A stretch of DNA of 63,911 nucleotides, filler included, from Octopus bimaculoides (GCF_001194135.2; 7 parts of 6 records of this genome joined end to end with filler, not necessarily neighbours in it); one strand, 5' to 3'; counted from the whole stretch's first letter, positions 13,435 through 26,811 are shown. Program-made: numbers and translations. The notes: generated from the sequence alone by a model not told the origin.

Positions 13435-13642
13435 TTTCAAATTTTTGCCACAAGGGCAGTTTGGGGAGGATATTAAGTCGATTACATCGACCCCAGTACC
13501 TAACTGTTAGTTATTTAATCGACCCCGAAAGGACGAAAGGTAAAGTCGACCTCAGCGGAATTTGAACTCGGAACGTAGCGGCAGACGAAATACCGCAAAG
13601 CATTTTGCCTGGCGTGCTAACGTTTCTGCTAGCTCACCGCCT
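13430..13642 (-). mobile_element. Dominant SINE family copy
   Basis: Reverse complement GGCGGTGAGCTAGCAGAAACGTTAGCACGCC...GAGTTCAAATTCCGCTGAGGTCGAC. (ATT)n tail at 13397-13432. Confidence 0.85.
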
Positions 13643-13671
13643 GAATAATACTAATAACAACAACAACAACA

Positions 13672-13830
13672 ACCAGGTTCGAGAAATATGTCAGAATTGA
13701 CATGAGGGCAGAGCAAGTCCCCAAAAGTGTTCTACTGAGGACAGCTAAGATTTTGAGATTGGTGCTTGGGTGTTGAATGTCTTCCACGATAAGTTAACAT
13801 CTAAGTACCAAAGCTTATAGTTTGCGGAAA
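13672..13830 (+). mobile_element. R4/Dong-like RLE retrotransposon, extreme 3' fragment
   Basis: Encodes a degenerate QKSVLLRTAKILRLVLG. Its 3' UTR GATAAGTTAACATC...GTACCAAAGCTTATA is shared with the copy at 31430-32700. Confidence 0.65.
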
Positions 13831-13869
13831 GAGACCCTGTAAAGGTTGGAGCGTCTCTTACTTAAATTT

Positions 13870-14607
13870 TTGTTCCAATGGTCAGGCGACCAGTCTGTTG
13901 TCAGCATCCTCTGAGGGGCGGATTAGGTATGCCTAATGCTCCTAATGCGCAGACACACTCTTAGGTTACGCCACCTGCAACGATTTCTGGACGGTGAACG
14001 TGTGTGAGCTCCGTTTGTGAGGCTTGTCCTTCGGCAGCTCGTCTCCTTGACGGAGCTGCAGTCCTGGGTGAAGAAAAGACCGAGACTGGGCGCCTGGCAC
14101 CTAAAATATCGTCAGGCGCTCACAACCCTCTACCAGTTGGGCAATGAGATCGATGGATATCCTACTTTACAAATTTATAGAGGATTAGTGGCGAGTAAGT
14201 GCAACGACGTTCTTGGGGAGACACTGGGCACCGACGAGAACGAACTGGCTAGTCTGTTCCGGACGACTTTCCGGTCGGGAACTATCATGGATAACTTCCA
14301 GATGTCCTTGGCCTGGAAGTGCTACCGGGCAGGGGGCTGCCGGTTCGAGATAAACTCTACAAGGACGGATGTGCTGTAAGACGGGCTTGTTCGAAATGCG
14401 CGCAGAGTAACGAAACCGTTCTGCACGCCCTCGCTCAGTGTCCGGGCATTGCTGACTTGTGGGTTTATGTCGAACAGCTGATGTCACGTGTAGGACGGAT
14501 TCATCTGTCGGCCGAGTCTGTAGTGATGATCGCTCTGCCGCCCTCTTTCAATCGGGCAGGCAAAGCAGTTTTCCTTTGCTTGGTGGCTGTGACGAAAGGG
14601 GTTATTA
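13870..14607 (+). mobile_element. L1/Tx1-like LINE ORF2 C-terminal fragment with CCHC zinc knuckle
   Basis: ORFs 14017..14379 and 14319..14612 join by a frameshift: LAWKCYR-GLPVRDKL...CSKCAQSNETVLHALAQCP...LW. Confidence 0.75.
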
Positions 14608-14790
14608 GGTAGTCCACTGTTCCTTATCCCATTGTGGTAATATCGGCACTTTGGGTCTACTTCATTTTTCATCACATCGGCTTTATAGTTGCGGGTCGAT
14701 AAGCTCTGATTTTGAGCAGCCAAGATAAAGCCTTCATTCTCTGCCTTTAGCCCTGAGCTCCGTAGCCACTGATGGGTGTGCTTCTGATCT
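14608..14790 (-). mobile_element. R4/Dong-like retrotransposon fragment (segment before the zinc knuckle)
   Basis: QWLRSSGLKAENEGFILAAQNQSLSTRNYKADVMKNEVDPKCR, matching the family motif WL..GLK.ETEG.I.AAQDQ.L.TR.Y. Confidence 0.8.
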
Positions 14791-14814
14791 TATTATTATT
14801 ATTATTATTATTAT

Positions 14815-15280
14815 TATAGACGTCGTACGGTATACAATATCGTGAGGTTGTTGATTGAAGATATTGTATTTACCGGGGGTTTGTACTGTTTAGTCAAGCC
14901 ACAACAAGGACCCCAGACAGACAGTACTTTACGCAATACGCGTGCAGTTCCAAGTAATGCCGACTTATGCAATACATCTAGATTGTAGGGAATCTAAAGT
15001 TTTCAGATGTTTTTTTTCAGATTGGGTGGTATTGAACCCAATGCTCCGATGACAATAAGGATAACCTTTATGTTCGACTCTCGTAGCTGCCACATCTTAG
15101 CGATCTTAATTCTCACGTCACCATATTTATCAACTCTTTCTCTTTCTTTCATGATGATATGTTGATCTCCTGGCACTGCTATGGCGATTATTAGGAGGGA
15201 CAAACAGGAGTTTGTCCCTCCTAAAGGTTACTATATCCGGCCCTCGGTGCTCTAACACTTTGTTTGTCTGGAAATCAACA
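14815..15280 (-). mobile_element. R4/Dong-like retrotransposon 3' end (RLE endonuclease) with (TAA)n tail
   Basis: RGPDIV...KVDKYGDVRIKIAKMWQL...IVIGALGSIP...KSALLGTARVLRKVL, followed by (TAA)n on the element strand at 14790-14815. Confidence 0.85.
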
Positions 15281-15288
15281 TTATTATT

Positions 15289-15770
15289 GAGGTGGCGAGC
15301 TGGCAGAATCGCTAGCATGCCGGGCGAAATGCTTAGCGGCTTTTCGTCCGCCTTTACGTTCTGAGTTCAAATTCTGCCGAGGTCGATTTTGCCTTTCATT
15401 CTTTCGGGGTCTATAAATTAAGTACCAGTGAAACACTGGGGTCTATGTAATCGACGTAACCCCTCCCCCAAATTTCAGGCCTTGTGCCTATAGTAGAAAG
15501 GATTATTATTATTATTATTATTATTATTATTGAGGCAGCGTGCTGGCAGAATCGTTAGCACACCGGGCAAAATGCTTAGCGGCATTTCGTCCGTCCTTAC
15601 GTTCTGAGTTCAAATTCCGCCGAGGTCGACTTTGCATTTCATCATTTCGGGACTGATAAATTAAGTACCAGTTGAGTACTGGGGTCGATATAATCGACAT
15701 AAACCCCTCCCCGCAAAGTTCAATCCTTGTGCCTATAGTAGAAAGGATTATTATTAATATTAGTTTTGAA
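15289..15770 (+). mobile_element. Two tandem head-to-tail dominant SINE copies
   Basis: Heads at about 15289 and 15531. Each ends GCCTATAGTAGAAAGGATTATTATT. Confidence 0.88.
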
Positions 15771-16692
15771 ACAAGTAGAAAAATGCAGGAAAACTCTGAC
15801 GCATGAAATAAAAAAAAAAAGTGAATTTCTAACAAAAATTTGAGTAGCAAATATCTGAAATAGTTTTTAAATCCGCTGTGTCTTCCAAGTGGATATCACC
15901 CATTGAATGTTGATTATATGAATGGATGAATTAGAGGCTGGTCGACGCTGACTGGTAGTTAAAAGAATGCGGTCGTTACAGTTTATACCGCTAGGGAAAT
16001 TTAATTCATGATTGACCTTTATTACTCTCTGTTCATTTGAGTAGTCGAGCTACTTAAAATCATCTAGCTATATAAGGTGTCTTTAAATCATTACTCTAAT
16101 TGCACAGCACCTCAAGCAAAGTAATTTTTTTCCACACCAACAAGTTTAATGTCGATGAACAAGATTGCTTCTCGAATTGTAAGTAATTTATGACAAACGC
16201 CAGTGAAATGCCAATCCATAACTTATCATTAGCATAATGGCTAATTTTATCAAATAGATTTCTATGCATATTTCTGAAGGGAAATTTTATTATCTGCCAG
16301 ATAATTATATGTAGATTAATTCTCTGTGATTGGATAGTGTTTCCGTAGCTTAACGCTGAATGCTAGTGCCTCAGTGTTCTAAGACAAGCAGTTAGATTTC
16401 ATATAAAAGGAATGAATTACAGAAATGAGAAATGTCCAAAAACAGATTTTCTTTATACTGAAGCAAAATCCAACGAACGGTTTGTCTCTGTCCTTTTCTT
16501 CTATGAAGGAAATATTTTTAAGAGATTAATTCATTGACAATTTTCAAAATAAAATTATGTATGAATGTATGTGTGGGTGTACGTATGAATGTACGTGTAT
16601 GTGTGTATGCATGTGTTTATATATATGTGTGTGTGCGTGTGTGAGTGTAAACACATATGTATATATATAATCATATGTACATATGTGTATAC

Positions 16693-17155
16693 AGTGCTGG
16701 ATTAACCATTAAGCTAAATAAGCACGTGCTTAGGCCTTCAAAGGAAGTGGTGGGTGGCACAGAAATGGTAAATGGCCTGCAGCACAGAAGAAATCACTTA
16801 AAACTTGCTAAAACAATATTCGGCATGTCTTATCTCTACTAAGTTACTAAGTATAGAAGCAGATGTGTTACGTAAGATTAATTTTGAGGATCTGATCAAA
16901 GATTTTTGCAATTAAAAAAAAGTAGAAAAAATCTTTTCAAATGCGAATAAAATGAAAATGTGCAAAAATAAACATTATTTTCCATCTTATTGATAATTTT
17001 GTTTAATTTTGAAAGATAATTTATGATATGGTTTTGTGGAGGAAGGAAGCAGGAACGGACAACTACATGTTAATTATTGTTTATATTTTGAATTATACAT
17101 ATACATACGGGGACACCAAAATTTTAAAGGGCCTTATGGGTCTTAATCAGCCCCC
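16693..17155. mobile_element. Possible hAT-type non-autonomous element
   Basis: Left end CAGTGCTGGATTAACCATTAAG and right end (reverse complement) GGGGCTGATTAAGACCCATAAG form imperfect TIRs. No clear TSD. Confidence 0.35.
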
Positions 17156-17286
17156 CCCTCTCTCTCTCTCTGTATATATATATATATATATGTATATACA
17201 AAAATAAGAGGAATGACCAGCAAAAGTGGACTCCTATATGCTAGAAATAGATGCCGAATCATCTAACCACATATATATTATACATA

Positions 17287-17329
<43 letters not shown>

Positions 17330-17494
17330 NNNNNNNNNNNNNNNNNNNNNNNNNNNNNNNNNNNNNNNNNNNNNNNNNNNNNNNNNNNNNNNNNNNNNNN
17401 NNNNNNNNNNNNNNNNNNNNNNNNNNNNNNNNNNNNNNNNNNNNNNNNNNNNNNNNNNNNNNNNNNNNNNNNNNNNNNNNNNNNNNNATATAGT

Positions 17495-17800
17495 GAAGGC
17501 ACATGGTTCAATGGTCAGAGCGTCGAACTTACGAACGTGAGGTTGTGAGTTCGAATCCCGGACCGGGCTGCGTGTTGTGTTCTTGAGCAAGACACTTTAT
17601 TTCACGTTGCTCCAGTTCACTTAGCCTTGGAAATGAGTTGCGACATCACTGATGCCAAGCTGTATCAGCTTTTGCCTTTCCCTTGGATAACATCGGTGGC
17701 GTGGAGAGAGAGGAGACCGGTATGCATGGGCGACTGCTGGTCTTCCATCAACAAACTTGCCCGGAATTGTGCCTCGAGGGTAACTTTCTTGGCGCACCTA
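17495..17800 (+). mobile_element. tRNA-derived CORE-like SINE
   Basis: A-box-like TGGTTCAATGG, B-box GAGTTCGAATCCC, then TTGAGCAAGACACTTTATTTCACGTTGCTCCAGTTCAC (CORE-like). The same family is on the minus strand at 17870-18042 and 56730-57015. Confidence 0.85.
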
Positions 17801-17869
17801 GAAAGTTGTTCATGAAAAACCAGCATTTGGCCATGCCTACCAGTCTACTCTCTCCATGCCATTGATGTT

Positions 17870-18042
17870 ATCCAAAAGAAAGGCAAAGGCTGACACAGTT
17901 TAACACCAGTGACAGCGCAACTCATTTCTGCATCTGAGTGGACTGGAGCAACGTAAAATAAAGTGTCTTGCTCAAGAACATAACACACAGCCCGGTCCGG
18001 GAATCAAACTCACTACCTCTAATCACTGAGTCATGTGCCTTC
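17870..18042 (-). mobile_element. Truncated inverted copy of the same CORE-like SINE
   Basis: Reverse complement GAAGGCACATGACTCAGTGATTAGAG...GAGTTTGATTCCCGGACCGGGCTGTGTGTTATGTTCTTGAGCAAGACAC. Confidence 0.85.
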
Positions 18043-18077
18043 GAGCACATACGCACGCGCGTGCATAGAGTGCTCTA

Positions 18078-18203
18078 TGCCCTTGGGTGATAGTAAAGGT
18101 TGGGCGCTTCTCTGAATTTCTTTCAACACACACATATATGTATATGTGTGTGTGTAGAAAGAAATTCAGAGAAGCGCCCAACCTTTACTACCACCCCAGG
18201 GCA
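18078..18203. repeat. Near-perfect 126-bp inverted repeat
   Basis: TGCCCTTGGGTGATAGTAAAGGTTGGGCGCTTCTCTGAATTTCTTTC is mirrored by GAAAGAAATTCAGAGAAGCGCCCAACCTTTACTACCACCCCAGGGCA around a (CA)/(TA)/(TG) centre. Confidence 0.95.
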
Positions 18204-19037
18204 CAAAACTCTCTCGCTACTGCCACTGAGCAACAACAAACGTAATGTAAAGACCCTGAGGCGGAGGCCCCTTAACAAGGACATTCCTTCTAAATGCCCA
18301 AGATATCAAATCAGCTATCAGGGCTCAAAAATGAAATATACCCTATACTGAAGGAAGGGTTTCAGTACAGTCACCTTCATTTGGACGCTGAAGTGAAAAT
18401 CAGTGGCTTCACTACCATTCGCCGAACCACTGACTACCACCAAATCTAAAGAACGACATACCTATTATTGTTTACATTCGCGTAACTTAGTGGTTCGGCA
18501 CAAGAAAGTAATATAATGAGGACCAGGCTAAAAAATTTTAATTACTGGGATCAATTTTTTCCACTAAATTCTTTAAGGCGGGTCCCCTGCATGGCTGCTA
18601 TTCAATGAGGGAAACAAATAAATGATAAAGGATATATAAACACGTGTCAATCCCATCTTTTCAGTTTAAGGCGGTTGGGAATTATTTCAAAAAGGTTTTT
18701 TATCTATTTTTTTCTAGCAGATCACGCGATCGCATAGAAGCTCCCCTGCTTCTCCTGATATTTCATTTATGTAAATGTCTAAAGAAGAAGGTAAATCGCA
18801 AATCCTATTTATTCCTTTGTTGAAAAATATCTTACGCTACGGGAAATTTTATGGTGAAAATCTCAGGAAACATCTCAGTAGTATTTTGTCACCTGTAACT
18901 CAACAAATTACACCCGGAAACGGATATGATTAGATTTTCGGTGTGGCTATCATTAGTTACATCATTACTGCGTATGACAGACTTCCAAATGTTTCAAATC
19001 TGAGCCATTCAACTGGTTTGGAATTGATACCTATATA

Positions 19038-19955
19038 TTGGGTTGAGGAATAATTCATGAGCATTTTTTCTTTTTCAAATTTAAAAATGCAAGCCGAAAT
19101 AAAACGCAATGGCAAAATGTTTTATGTTATTTAAAAGAGAATATTTTGCTCTACAAGATAGTGTGTTTTGATTTTTTAATTTTATTATTTTTGTATATTT
19201 TCAGATCATTAAAATGGAATGTCAAGTGGACAAAACTGAGCATTTTCGACACCATTTGCTTTTTGCATTTAATCGAGGGGTTAAGGCCGCCGGAGCTGCT
19301 CGTGAGATTTGTGCTGTGTCTGGAGAAGATGCAGTTCATCAAAGACCCCCCGACATTGGTTTTCGCGCTTCAAATATGGGAATTTCGACCTGAAGGACGG
19401 ATCACATACCGGTCGACCAAATGAGTTCGATGAAGAGCAATTGAATCAACTTCTTCACAAAAACCCACGTCAAACGACCAGAGAAATGGCGGAGCAATGG
19501 ATTGTGATAAAAAAAACTGTGGTGAACCACCTTCACTCAATGGACAAGGTTCAGAAACTCGGCGCTTGGGTGCCACAGACTTTGAGCGAAAACAACAAAA
19601 ATCAACGCTCCACATATGACCAACGCTACGATTCAAGAACTCAAATGGGAATTGCTGCCTCATCTTCCATACTCTCCAGACTTGGCACCGTCAGATTTTC
19701 ATTTCTTTCGACTGCTTTCGAATGCTTTGCACGGTGTATCGTTCAATAATGACGTGGAATTGAGGGCTTGGCTGAACGAATTCTTTGAGTCAAGACCGGA
19801 AGATTTCTATCGCCGAGGCATCGAGAAACTTATTGAACGATGGGAGGAGGTCGTAAACAACATCGGAGAGTATATCATTGATAAATTTGTTGTCTTCTTT
19901 TTTGTTTAAAATAATTTTTAAAAAAAATACGTTCATGAATTATTCCTTAACTCTA
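19038..19955 (+). mobile_element. Internally deleted mariner element (918 bp) with TIRs and TA TSD
   Basis: TIRs TTGGGTTGAGGAATAATTCATGAG and TAGAGTTAAGGAATAATTCATGAA (reverse complement), TA at 19036-37 and 19956-57. Transposase remnants TGRP...WVPQTL and PYSPDLAPSDFHFF are joined with the central DD region deleted. Confidence 0.92.
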
Positions 19956-20394
19956 TAGATAGACGCTTGAATGGAAAATTAAAATAGCTGCCAAATCTCC
20001 TTTGAAATAGACTCTACCGTCTTAAAAAGAGAATGACACATTGCATAGACTAGCCCTAGATATGCAGTATTCGAGAATAAGACTGAATGGTCATGTCTAA
20101 AACGCCTTTGATCTAGGTCAGCCTGATCATGACAGACATGATAAAAAAGAGAAAACCACAAAGAGCAACTACGATGGTGACAACAAAAATACGACGACGT
20201 CGGCGACGAAGAGAAACTACTGGGGAGTCGAATTTGTGAATGGGATTATTTTTACTGGTTGCTGTGATATCACTTCAGTAAATTACAGTGCTAAGACATG
20301 AACCTCATAAAGTTCCACGTTCACGGAAACAACTGACGAAACGTGCCGAACTAAATATAAAGATCAGACATTAAATGAATATTTTCTTGTATGG

Positions 20395-20718
20395 CTATCA
20401 CCCGATATTAACATATCCGAAAGGATGAAAGGCAAAGTCGACCTCGGCGGAGTTTGAACTCAGACCGTAACGGCAGACGAAATACCTATTTCTTTACTGC
20501 CCACAAGGGGCTACACACAGAGGGGACAAACAAGGACAGACAAACGGATTAAGTCGATTATATCGACCCCAGTGCGTAACTGGTACTTAATGTATCGACC
20601 CCGAAAGGATGAAAGGCAAAGTCGACCTCGGCGGAATTTGAACTCAGAACGAGAGACAGACGAAATATTGCTAAGCATTTCGCCCGGCGTGCTAACGTTT
20701 CTGCCAGCTCGCCGCCTT
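20395..20718 (-). mobile_element. Dominant SINE copy followed by a duplicated headless body segment
   Basis: CCGAAAGGATGAAAGGCAAAGTCGACCTCGGCGGA occurs at both about 20418 and 20602. Confidence 0.85.
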
Positions 20719-20732
20719 GTATCTATATCTAT

Positions 20733-20832
20733 NNNNNNNNNNNNNNNNNNNNNNNNNNNNNNNNNNNNNNNNNNNNTTAATTAATTAANNNNNNNNNNNN
20801 NNNNNNNNNNNNNNNNNNNNNNNNNNNNNNNN
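20733..20832. other. Artificial scaffold join (44 N + TTAATTAATTAA + 44 N)
   Basis: Identical 100-bp structure also at 35162-35261, 43616-43715, 54625-54724, 57530-57629 and 61828-61927. The 12-mer has stops in all six frames. Confidence 0.97.
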
Positions 20833-20890
<58 letters not shown>

Positions 20891-21174
20891 TATGTCTGTG
20901 TGTGGTCATTTATTTATTGTGGGCCATTCTCATGTTATATTATGTGTTCGGTAAAACCCTTTCAATTTTGTCAGGTTAATTATTTCGATTTATTTTGTAA
21001 TTGCAATTTTGAATAACAACAACAACAACAACAGCAACAATGACGACGATGACAGCAACGCAACAAGAACAACAACACCAACAGCAACAACTGCAACATC
21101 TGCAACATCTGCACTACTGCTACCAATAACAGTAATAAGAATAATAATGTTTTCGTATATTTACCACAGCGGCG

Positions 21175-21261
<87 letters not shown>

Positions 21262-21546
21262 GTAATAATAACAATAACAATAATGATAATAATAATAATA
21301 CTGATAATGATAATAATAATAATAATAATAATGATAATAATAATAATAATAATAATAACAATAATAATAATAATAACGATAATAATAATGATAATAATAA
21401 TAATAATAATGTTANNNNNNNNNNNNNNNNNNNNNNNNNNNNNNNNNNNNNNNNNNNNNNNNNNNNNNNNNNNNNNNNNNNNNNNNNNNNNNNNNNNNNN
21501 NNNNNNNNNNNNNNNNNNNNNNNNNNNNNNNNNNNNNNNNNNNNNN

Positions 21547-21592
<46 letters not shown>

Positions 21593-21680
21593 GATAATAA
21601 TAATGATAATAATAATAATAATAATGTTAATAATAATAATGATAATAATAATAATAATAATAATGTTAATAATAATAATG

Positions 21681-21753
<73 letters not shown>

Positions 21754-21761
21754 TAATAATG

Positions 21762-21792
<31 letters not shown>

Positions 21793-21808
21793 TAATAATA
21801 ATAATATT
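21175..21808 (+). repeat. Long (AAT)n trinucleotide tract with an internal gap
   Basis: Direct reading. It explains the poly-N/I/L ORFs here. Confidence 0.95.
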
Positions 21809-21995
21809 AACAATTGCAAGAGTGATGGTAGAACACCTACAAAAATCAGCATTGCTTGGAAATGAAAGGATCCTTCGCAGGGTTCTTGAAGCATGACCAG
21901 TAAACGAATGTCACCTTAGTCTGCTGGTTGTGGACAGCTGACACTCTCCATCAGACCCAGCAAAATAGGGTGTGGGCTTTCATATAATAATAATA
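21805..21995 (+). mobile_element. R4/Dong-like retrotransposon 3' end embedded in (TAA)n
   Basis: VEHLQKSALLGNERILRRVLEA* then a short UTR, with (AAT)n on both sides. Confidence 0.8.
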
Positions 21996-22090
21996 ATAAT
22001 AACAACAGCAACAACAGCAATAGCGACAACAATAATAATAACAAAAATAATGATTTATCAACAGGAAAATGACGAGGGGAACAATACAAA

Positions 22091-22154
<64 letters not shown>

Positions 22155-22157
22155 GAA

Positions 22158-22193
<36 letters not shown>

Positions 22194-22907
22194 TATCTAG
22201 CTTTAGCTTTAGCATGGATGCTGAAGATTTCTAATATTTTGTCCTTTTTCTCATCACTCTTCGATGCTATTAAACTGTACATATGTCCGTATTTATATCT
22301 TTACTTGAGTCTCTGTTTATTTATTTATTCATTTATTTATTTAATTATATATTTGTTTTTATATTCAAGAATATTATGGCATGGAGTTGTGTATTTCACG
22401 AAATTTCTATGGAAATATTTGACGTAAATATTTTTTAGATATGCCTCAATTTCTTGGACGAAGACAGCGAAATGAGAAAATATACGTAACAATCTTCACA
22501 CATGCAAATATGTCGACAAGCACACACAGGTACATACACAGACACACTCAAAGACACCCATAGACACACACACGCATATATATATATATATATATATANN
22601 NNNNNNNNNNNNNNNNNNNNNNNNNNNNNNNNNNNNNNNNNNNNNNNNNNNNNNNNNNNNNNNNNNNNNNNNNNNNNNNNNNNNNNNNNNNNNNNNNNNN
22701 NNNNNNNNNNNNNNNNNNNNNNNNNNNNNNNNNNNNNNNNNNNNNNNNNNNNNNNNNNNNNNNNNNNNNNNNNNNNNNNNNNNNNNNNNNNNNNNNNNNN
22801 NNNNNNNNNNNNNNNNNNNNNNNNNNNNNNNNNNNNNNNNNNNNNNNNNNNNNNNNNNNNNNNNNNNNNNNNNNNNNNNNNNNNNNNNNNNNNNNNNNNN
22901 NNNNNNN

Positions 22908-22952
<45 letters not shown>

Positions 22953-23413
22953 ATATACGTATGTATGTACTTATATATAAGTGTGTGTATATTGATATAG
23001 AGGTAAATAGACTGATTTGTCCATGTATACATATTTTATGTTACGTATATACATATAAATATATATATATATATATATTTACACGCACACACACACACAC
23101 GCATGCACACACACACACACACACACACCCACGCACACACACGCACACTCACTGATACATATGCACACATAGTTACCTTTACATGTGTTTCAACATTCAG
23201 AAATATGCTTTCATCACCATGCTTAAGCCATATATATTATCAAAATCTTTACATATCATTCTCTGTACAAATACATAATATTATTCTCCTCCGCATGTAA
23301 CTTACCATCGTTTCCTTTTATGTCTCATTGTATTTCTGTTTCTTTTTTGCTCTCTCCTTCTCCCGCTCTCACTTCTTCTTATATCTTCACTGAATTATAT
23401 TTGAATCAATACA

Positions 23414-23457
<44 letters not shown>

Positions 23458-23468
23458 TACATTCATAC

Positions 23469-23508
<40 letters not shown>

Positions 23509-24004
23509 GTATGTACGTATGTATGTATGTATGTATGCATATATGTGTATTTCGACACCATTTTGTATTATATGTGTAACCCAAATATGTCTTCTAGACT
23601 CCATGTTAATAACCGCACTGATGTGAAATATTTATTTCTGTATTGCGCATATAGGCGTCGGGTAGATGGTAGACGATGGAGAGGGTTTGCGTACGTGTGT
23701 TTGCATTGATACAAGTGCATATACACGCACACATATGTACATAGACACAGGTGCACAGACACACACACATATATAGATACATACCCAAATAATGTTGCAT
23801 GATAATGTATATATACAAATAAAATGCACACACAGGCACACAATCATATAACCATGTATGTATATATATATACATATGTATGTATTATGTATGTACGTAC
23901 GTACATATATGTATGTACATATACCTATAGTTACGTGTATATACATATATAAATGTCTTTGTATGTGTCCATATGTAAGTATATGCGTGTATATATATAT
24001 GGGT

Positions 24005-24044
<40 letters not shown>

Positions 24045-24068
24045 CCGTATACACATGCATATGTATAT

Positions 24069-24100
<32 letters not shown>

Positions 24101-24578
24101 NNNNNNNNNNATAATTGTACATTTGTGTTTGAGGCTTTAGTTTTATATTCTACATATACACGAACATGTGTGAGTTGATTCCAGTAAATGTACATTTAGA
24201 ATTAATGTCATGCAGTGATGGTAAAACGTTGCGGTTAATAGGGTCATATAGGGAAGGTCCAGTTACTTCTATACCTCTACTAGTATCTCTGTTGTATTGA
24301 TATCTGTACAAAGGTTTATCACCGAAATTGTACATATTTTTCATTCGTTAATCTATTCATAGCTTTTCTTTTATGTGAGGCTATATTTTATTTTAATATA
24401 TTTTTTTTACTGTAACCGATAACACCGCCATCTTCACTTTGGCGATTTATTTTGATAGTTTTATAGCGGCATAAGTAGAGGCACAAATCACTTACATAAA
24501 TAGCCACATCACCACATTAAACATGTACATGCATACATACATATATATATATATATTAATATATATGCTTGCCAGTGC

Positions 24579-24609
<31 letters not shown>

Positions 24610-24644
24610 TAATGCTTTATATATACATATATACAACACATATA

Positions 24645-24679
<35 letters not shown>

Positions 24680-26606
24680 ATATGCAGCATATATATATAT
24701 AATATACGTAATGTATATAATTTATATGAATATATACGGTATATATGTATAGTGCTTCCTCTAAAGCTTGATATCACATGATGAGAAACTGACATTTATT
24801 AATATAGGGCCCAATCATTCACTGATTCATTTTCAAAGCTTAATTAATCATAGAATAATCCCTAACCTGTAATCGAATAAGTGTGTTTCTATCGTGCGGC
24901 TAATAATACACTAAAGAACCGGTCGGCAGTAGATCAAAGCGGGCGTATAAGCACAATATTCCCCGCCATACAGTAATGTGACAATGCATTTTTGTTTTAC
25001 AGTTACAAGCGTTTATCTCTTGAAATCTTTATCTGATTAATAAATAACTAATTAAGTTAAGTAACTTTTTAAAATGCCAGTGTAGAGAAGTATTTGACAG
25101 AAGTTATATGAAAGGCAGTTACAGCTGCTCTACTAAAATATGAAAAGCTTAATAGATTGTGAAACAATTACATTCATTTTACCGTATTGTACGGAATTAA
25201 AATACAAACGTCATCCTTCTTGACCGATCATATAAGCCTAAAAGGTTATGTGAAGCAGATATCTTCCATATTAAACCATCATGTGTAATATGGCAGATTT
25301 TATACTTTTCAAAACACCTCATCAAGTATAATTCTTTATTTTTAAATACAAGTACTATTCATGCATAAATATATGCAATATATAACCGACGATGTTGACA
25401 TCGTCAGTTTGGAAAAACAGGCAGCTGATTTCGATATTTATTGAAAGCTTATTGCGAGGTACGTGGTGTATGGTTACGCGTATCGCAGAGAATACCTTAT
25501 ATTAAAAATAATTAAATCGACACAACCATGATATTCTGGTGATGTGATGATCTAGCCTTCCTTATAGATATTGATTTGTGTATATACAATTGTATTGTAT
25601 AACGCTGAACATATATATCAATGCAAATACGAACACATAATTTGTTCCATTCTGAAATACATGCTACATGAAGTTTACGAAACGGCCGTAACCCTGAGGA
25701 TGTCACATGGTTAAATTACTGTACTGTAAATTCACCATTCATACTTCCTGAAGTTTATGATATATACATATGTGTGTGCGTGTGTATATACATGCATACA
25801 AACATACACTCACACACACGCGCACGCACACACATACATACATATATACATACATAAGTTTAATGTATATATATAGTGTACATCCATATGTATATGGATA
25901 CATATTACATATATATGTTTGATGTATGGGCATATATTCATGTGTGTATGACTCCATGTGTCGTCTGGGTGTGTCGGCGTGTGACTGAATCTACGTGTGT
26001 GCATGACAGTATGTAGTTGCTATTGAGTTTACGTTTGTATGAGTCGCCAGGCTTCTCAATTCGTTTATAAAGGAAAAGAATGTTCTACTGCCGTGACGGC
26101 AGGAGAACATTCTTTTCCGATGTTATTTCATTCAGTTTGATTCCTTCCAATTCTACTCGCCAAAATTCTATCCCCATTCCTCCAAAATATGCTGCAGAGA
26201 TATTCTTCAATTTTTCTAAATTTACACAAGTGAACTCCCCGTCTTCCATATGGGCCAAATATTTCTATATACAATCATCATCTCCTCCTGCTTCTCATTC
26301 TGTTTGACCTGAAACTTCGCTGCTGTTGTTTTCTGACTTCTGTTTCACCATTTTTATTTTTTTGTTGTTTATCATATTCTACTATGCTGACCTTCTGTAT
26401 TCTCGAATATTCCACATTATTTTACCAATATCTCCATCTCGAGATATTATTCCACTCAAAGCAATTTTCAATATGTGAACTTTAATTTTCTTTCGTTTTA
26501 TTGTTGCGGATTTGTATGTTTACTTTCACTTCACAGACATTTTCCTTATTTATTATGTACTGCACGGACTTACACACAAAAATGTATATATATATATATG
26601 TGTGTG

Positions 26607-26653
<47 letters not shown>

Positions 26654-26811
26654 ACATATGTGCCTCTGTAGTAAACACACAAGTAAACACACACGCACAC
26701 GCCCCCCCCCCCACACACACATGCGTGGTGTAAACATTTGCCGAGTGAACATTTTGTGAAATTTTCACCGTATCTATTGGCAATAGGAAATAGTTTAATA
26801 TTACTCTAATT

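Noticed and set aside
18290-18440. HLDAEVKISGFTTIRR, weakly like a LINE AP-endonuclease
   Set aside because: Too short and degenerate to call as a feature.
24150-24344. Protein-like minus-strand ORF (MKNMYNFGDKPLYRY...)
   Set aside because: No convincing splice sites or recognisable domain, and it runs into a microsatellite.
25665-25710. GAAACGGCCGTA...CTGAGGA hammerhead-like motifs
   Set aside because: The order fits only a type II permutation, and neither stem I nor stem II can be formed.
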